From contig OZ237735.1 of the NCBI GenBank assembly GCA_965178125.1, forward strand, positions 1,488,001-1,552,000: a stretch of DNA of 64,000 bases, written 5' to 3'. The position numbers were made by a program, and so were the translations under genes. The first letter of the stretch is position 1; each line of letters starts with the position of its first letter. Shown in pieces: positions 58,183 to 64,000 of this stretch. Source of the DNA: Bilabrum cf. latius. Its lineage: Eukaryota. The notes under the pieces were generated by a model, which had not been told where the DNA came from, did no database searches, and was given only the letters and a program-made list of their open reading frames with translations.

Positions 58183-61100
58183 TCAACCCTCCATGCTGGC
58201 TTGCCCCGACGCCTCACTAGCACCGCCACTATCCGCCTTTGGACTTCCAGACTCCTGCTGCTCACCACTCGCCTCCCCTTCAGCTTCATTATCGCCGCTG
58301 CCCTCGGCGCTCTACTCGGCCACTTCCGCTTCGGGACCACCGTTACCTGCTTGCGAAGACGCGGCGTGCTTGTACGCCGACGCCAGTGCCGCCTCCTGCT
58401 TGCGCAAGTTCATTGCATGCACAAGAAGTCCCATTTCAGTCGCGTTGTGAGCCACTGCAAAGGAAGGCACGACGCTAGTTGATTCAGCAGAGCCAGCGGC
58501 AGCTCCTGCGGCGTCGGTCAGCCCAGTGTCCTTTTCAGACCGAGTCGTTGGCCAGGGCTCGCTTGGCAATAGCTGCAGCTCGTGCGGCTTCTGCAGCAAC
58601 ACATTTAAAGCCGGCCCGATCTCCACACAGCTCTCGAACACGTCTTTTCGCCCGAACACATAGAGCCCGAGCCGAGCACGCGACAGCGCCACAACGAGAC
58701 GACGCACATCGCGCACGTGGCCCACCGCACGGGTTCGCACGAGACTCAGCAGCACGATGTCGTTCTGCTGTCCCTGGTATTTGTCCACGGTCTCGATCTT
58801 CCGAGGCAAGCCAAACTGCGGGAATGGCGCGCATCGCTTGGCAACGACGTCCCGCAGCAGCGCCACCTGGCCGTTGTAGGTCGACAGCATGGTTATCTTG
58901 TCGGCGGGGTACCCCAGCAGGCGCATGTACTGGAAGGTCGCCACAACGAACTCTGCTTCGCCCAGGTTCTGGTAAAAGTATGGCGTAGGCGTGTGCTCGC
59001 CCTAACCCATGAAGTCGGGAACGTCAACGAATTGCGCAGTGTGACAGAAGCCAGTGTTTGCATGCAGGTAGGCACCGCTGAGTACGCGAGGCAGCGGCAC
59101 AAGGCCGCCGTACCTCCACGAATACGCCTGTGCAATGCTTGGCCTTGCGCGGCCCTGGGACTCGAGCATGACGTAAGGGAAGCCCAGCCGGACCATGCGA
59201 GCGAAGAGCGACTGGTCCAACTTCGAGTACCTCTGCAGAGGGCGGCACTTGATCACGGGCGGCAGCTGGTGATGGTCTCCGATCAGAACCACGCGCTTGA
59301 GCCGAGAGATCCGGCTCGCCTCTCCTGCCGCTGCCGCAAACCCGCTCGACCCGTGCCTCTATGATGCCTGCATGAACATGGGAAGAAGCGTCTCTGCCTC
59401 GAGCACCTGGGCAGCTTCTTCCATGACGATCGTGTCATACTCGAAGCCGAGCTTCATGAGGTGCCGCCGAGTGAGCGCCGCGTGGGTGCAGGTCATCGCC
59501 ACTACCCTGGCTTCCTTGACTAGCATGTAGTCCGTTCGCTGACGCTGCGAGCGCAGCAGCTCGAACGCCCTGTAGGACTCGAGCTCCTCGAATACCTTGG
59601 CCAGGTGCCTCTCGCACGATCTGGCAGCATCCAGGTCCTCTTCGAAGCTCCTGCCCTTGAACAGCGCGTTGGCGCCGCCGCTAGCTGCGGCGGCGCTGGA
59701 GCTGCTGCTGGGCGAGGCGCCGCCAGCCAATTGGGTTAGCTCCGGGGCGCAGAGACCTGCAGGAACGTCGGCAAAGTATCCTTTGAACGGAAACGACTCA
59801 AAGATTCTCCCAGCCAGTTCGGATTCGCTGGGACCAGCCCCACTTGCACCCGCACGGCGTTGCGCTCGCAGCTCGTCAATATCGGCCCAGAAACGTTCCA
59901 GCCGGGCTTGCACGTGCTGCAGCCGGAAATACGACGCCGTCTCGCACGTATACTCTGGCAGGGAGACCTGCCCCCCGGGTCCGCGAACACCCAGGCCGAG
60001 CGTAACCGCGAGCCGACCGACCTGCCGCAAGAGCATCTGGCGCCTCTGCAGCGCCTCATTGACTCTGCCCCACTTGCTGAAGTCTTCATCGGAATCCAGG
60101 TCTCGCTCGCCTCGCCCAAGACGCAGCAGATGCCTCCCGTCTACGTCCCTGCCTGCGATCTTCTGAAACAGGTCGTTCAGGGCCTGGTTGCTGTGGGTCA
60201 CGAGCAGAATGCGCTCTTTCGGCCGGGTGCGATATAAGGTCGATACGATCTGCACCGCCACATCAGACTTGCCCGTCCCTGGCGGTCCGACTACCAGGGT
60301 AACTCCAGGGCACAGCCCCGACCGGATTGCCTTGGCCTGAGTGGGGGTGAACGGCACTGGATTGCGGGGGGCTTCGTCGGTGGGGTAGGGGCCAGGAGCA
60401 GGCTTGAGCTGCTGCCGGATAGTGATTGCACCCTCCTCCTCACGCACACGAAAGGGGGGCTGTAGCGCGACCTCCTGAGCAGAGCCTGCAGGAACTTCCT
60501 TCCCGAGCGCATCGAGCAGGCGCACCGCCTTCGGACCCCCAGAGAAGCACTGCCTGGCGTGGGCCGCGTTGACGAACGTATCACCCATGTCAACTACGGC
60601 AGGATAGCCCGGCAGGCGCTCAGGTGACGCCGAGGCGGGGTCGCCGTAGCCGAGCAGAAGCCTCTGCAGCCACGTCGGGATGCCCTGGCCGAGGGCATGG
60701 GCGTTCATCACGTCACGCAGGCTCTCCAGCACCGCCCTGAAGTTGTTCTCCTTCGCGTCTCTTCGCACCACGAGATTAAATTCGGAATAGGCTTCTGCGC
60801 CGGTGCCGGTGCCCCTCGCCTCATCATCACCGCCCTCCACTTCGCGAAGATCCAGGTGGTACTGGGCGGCATCAAGCCTCAGCCTGAGAACGCGCCCGGT
60901 ACCCTTCGGTTCCGGTAGGCTGCCGCCGGGAGGCACGGCAGAAAGGTCGTTGAAGTTCTTGCCTTCCTCGTCCAGGTGCGCGGTGACTTCCGCGCCGCGC
61001 ACAGATCGGATGCCCCACCGCATTGGAAACTCGGGATCTTCCGTGTCGTCGCCCAGCGACCGGGGCCTGAAGCTCTCTGCATCGGCGCTGGAAGCAGGCC

Positions 61101-63844
61101 CGTCGACCTTCTTCTTGGGCTAAGGCCTGACAGTCAGGAGAAATACGACATCGTGTTCCCTGAGGCCAGACCACTCCCTCCTGATGTGGTGCGCGTACCG
61201 CGCCAGGTCGTAGCGGAGCTCGGCAAGCACGTGCGAAGGGTGCTCCTCGCCCACCTTGGGCCTCCCGACCTGTGTCACCTTGAAAGACTGCAACGGCACG
61301 GCACGCCGTGACCAGCCATCAAACCTTACCTCCGACCTCAGCTCGCCAGAGGCCCCCTTAGAGACCACAGTACGAGGCGCGCACCGGCGCACCGCATCTA
61401 CGAGGTCCTGCCTGATCTCATACGCTGCTTCGAGGCGGTACAAGTGGAAGGACCGCAGCATCATGTCGAAGAATGTGAGGTACTGCAGGTTGAGCTTTGG
61501 GAGGGCCAGGGCGGATGCAGCCGAGACGGGCTTCCCACCGCTGGCAGCCCCTGCGCCCGACGCAGCCGAAGATCGCCTGGGAGCAAAGGGAACACGGTTA
61601 GGATCCCAGATCAGGTCCTCGGTCGGGTACAGTGGGAGGGCATTTACGGCCTACAGCTGCGACTTGCGCGCCCTGTGCCAATCTAGCAGCACCTCCGTTG
61701 CTACGTCCCGCGATGGCTCGGGTGACAGCGTTACGGCGGACACTGGAGCCGAGGGGGCAACGGTTGCGACGGCACTGGCTCCGTTGCTTGCACCAGCAGC
61801 CTCCTGATCCGCGCCATTTTCCTCTTCTCCGATGAATCGCACCAGGGGCGGCAGCCGCGCCAGGATTGGGGCGGGCAGTAGCTGCAGCCGCCTCGCAACC
61901 TCAACCACGGCGTCGTCCTCCATTGCCTCCAGGTGTCTCTTTAACACAGAGCGCCGGCTGAGGGGTCCCACGGCAGCCAGTGCCAGGTCTGCTCCCTGTT
62001 CCTTCAGGTGATCGTGGCTGTGAATCAGCCGCTGGAGAAGCACGATCCTCTCGTAGTGGGCCTCGGCGGCCTCGTCAGGGTCCACGGGCTTGGAGGTCTG
62101 GTCGTCGATGGGGAATCCCAGGTAGTAGTCAAGCAGGGCAGCCAGCTGCGCGGTCAAGCGACCGCGATCCGAACGCACGAACTGGCTGCCGCGGACTGCT
62201 AGCAACAGCCTCGAGTCGTCGAGCAACAGCCTCGAGAAGCGACGGGTGGGGTACTGCGACAGGAGGTCCACAAACAGCTCCATCAGGCGCTCCAATAGCC
62301 TGCAAAGGCCTACGTGCGGGGCAACTGCCGCGTCCTACGGGCGCTTTTCCTCATCTTCCACCGGTCCACTCGAGCTGCTGCTTTGCATGGGAATCGCCTG
62401 GCGCGCTCTATCGATCTGAGTGTCGCACTCGCGAACCGCGAGCACCGCCAGCCGAACTAGCGCAGCAAGCAGCCTCTCGGCATACCAAGGCTTTGCTGCC
62501 GCCAGCAAAGCAGCAGTGTCCCCTGCCCCCTCCTTTAAAGACGCGGAAGACCCTTTCGTGTTGCCAGGAGCGCCGGCATCCGGCTCGGTCCTGGACCGCT
62601 TCGCAGCTGGCCCCGTCCCATCACTTGCACCTGCAGCAGCATCACTGCTTGCAGCTGGGCGGTACAGGGCCGGGGGCGCGCTCGATAGCGACCTGGTCGC
62701 CCTTCTGGCCACGATTTTCTGCCAGAATCCTTTGAGGCCTGGGTGCCTCCTGAGTTCCCTGCTGACCGCGCCTGGGGTAACGCAGCCCCACGTCGGCAGA
62801 GACACGAGCTGCATCACGTTCTTTCGCACTGTCGGGTGCTCGAGGCTCTGAAAGCACCGGATAATCGTGCTGATGAGAAGCTGGGACTCAGGATAGGTGA
62901 GGGCTTCACCGGGACGCCGTGACGGCACCAGGTCATCGGGTGGGCTGTACCCTGCATCGGCCGAGCCTCCTGCACTCCCGTTGCTGCTGCTACTCTTCCC
63001 TCGCTTCGTCCTCGATTCGGCGGCCTGGGCTCCGTCAGAACCCACGCCAACGATAGAGGCTCCCGCAGGACCACTTCCTGTCCCGCTGGAGGCAGTACCG
63101 GCGCCTGCCGCAGCCGCAGCTGCAGCGACGTCCGTCGACTGAGTCTGCTCGTGCATGAATGCGTCTCCCATTGCAGCCTCCCCGTCGTCGTCATCCGGAA
63201 CGTCCTCGACACCTTCATCACTACTAGCCATATTTGCACTTGATGGTACCCCTCCGATGCGCGAAGTCTGCTCGCCGGTCCAAGGAAGCGCGAATTCGAG
63301 TAGCGACGACTGCAACCTGGCGATGAAACCAGCAATGCGCTTCTCGGCTGACGCACCTGACCCGAATCCCTGCCACATATCGGCATTTTCGCGGCCTTTT
63401 TCGTTTATAATAGCACACATGAGTAGAACATGCTCCAAACTGGACGCTTGGACATCAAAATGCGGTGCTAGCAGCTGCTCTAAGGCCCCACTCAGCTCCA
63501 GCAACTTTATGCCCCTTGAGTTCAGGGGTCGAGAGGCACCACCACCAACATAGTTGTAATACAAGTCAAGTATCAATCGGCTTATGACAGAAGTACCTAG
63601 GTTCGATGTACCGTTTGCCTGCGCAGTGGTGCCAAGCGATATGAGTACGAAAACACGAATAGGCTGGTGTACAGGGAGGCAATTCGGTGAGTGAACCAGT
63701 GAAAACTCTTACAGATGCCCAAGTTGCGCTAGCAACCCCCGTAATTGGATCTGACAGCACTGTTTCTGCTGTAAGTGGAGCATAGTGTGGCCTTGTTGAT
63801 CGATCCGTGCGCGGTCTGGAGCGCTTGCTTCCAGCCCTTGACAT
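58183..63844 (-). CDS. AQR: Aquarius / intron-binding protein 160 spliceosomal SF1 helicase; exons 63844-63713 and 63618-58183; ~1,855 aa; 6 internal TAG
   Basis: [161 protein letters not shown]. TAGs at 62335, 61651, 61120, 59359, 59002, 58312. Ends TGA 58183. Confidence 0.95.
63619..63712 (-). other. Spliceosomal intron (94 nt, phase 0) in AQR
   Basis: TCT|GTAAGA...TGCGCAG|GCA. Confidence 0.8.
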
Positions 63845-64000
63845 TTTACTCGCAATGACGAGGAGCAAAGTATATTAAGTAAGAATTGCGACCTGTGAAA
63901 TGACTACAGTCTGCTTCTCGGTGGTTTTGGGAGGTAATTATCAGCAACTCAATTTTGAGGCATATTATCGTCACGATCGGAGCATTAGGGAATCCAGGAG

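Noticed and set aside
2547-62337. TAGs as 3' splice acceptors of tiny in-frame introns
   Set aside because: Sequence immediately upstream of many TAGs is conserved coding sequence (RKSQL*, YYLSE*, DFMG*) with no suitable GT donor. The introns identified end in GCAG.
790-63553. Many long antisense and alternate-frame ORFs in the track (e.g. 790-1695, 8657-9685, 21746-22978)
   Set aside because: They are shadows of GC-rich coding sequence on the opposite strand and show no domain motifs.
1-63844. Region-wide pseudogenisation, or RIP/deamination-type C-to-T damage
   Set aside because: Only TAG interrupts frames: no TAA from CAA, no TGA from CGA, no frameshifts. Essential genes (XPB, AQR) keep all catalytic motifs.
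1-63844. TAG as Trp (A-to-I editing), Leu, Tyr or pyrrolysine
   Set aside because: Informative positions align with Gln or polar residues and poly-Q runs, not aromatic or aliphatic columns. TAGs occur in every gene, mostly in loops.
1-64000. Prokaryotic or phage origin (code-15 phage), CRISPR arrays, transposons, tRNA/rRNA genes including a suppressor tRNA
   Set aside because: Spliceosomal introns and eukaryote-specific genes exclude a prokaryotic or phage origin. I saw no repeat-spacer array, transposase/RT ORF or cloverleaf by eye; a tRNAscan-SE run would be needed to exclude a tRNA formally.

Overview
GC-rich, gene-dense, intron-poor eukaryotic nuclear DNA from a flagellated protist. A stramenopile (bicosoecid-like) origin is my inference from gene content and style only. 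The main result is that this genome appears to use a non-standard genetic code in which TAG is a sense codon, most likely Gln, while TGA and TAA still terminate. The ORF track is fragmented because it stops at TAG. Reading TAG as Gln joins the fragments in single frames into 15 genes: partial DNAAF2/kintoun, GCKR-like, RING/coiled-coil (RNF212/Zip3-like), DEDDh exoribonuclease, cNMP-GAF-PI3K, DMT transporter, FAM194-like, LRRC23-like, XPB, an orphan membrane protein, GH115-like, a ~3,765-aa cadherin/RCC1/FG-GAP surface protein with an unrecognised 6x repeat, a class-3 lipase, a Cys-rich repeat protein and Aquarius. By hand count these contain about 108 internal TAGs and no internal TAA or TGA. 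The 14 complete genes end in TGA (12) or TAA (2). Seven short GT..GCAG introns were identified. All homology calls are from remembered family motifs, not database searches.
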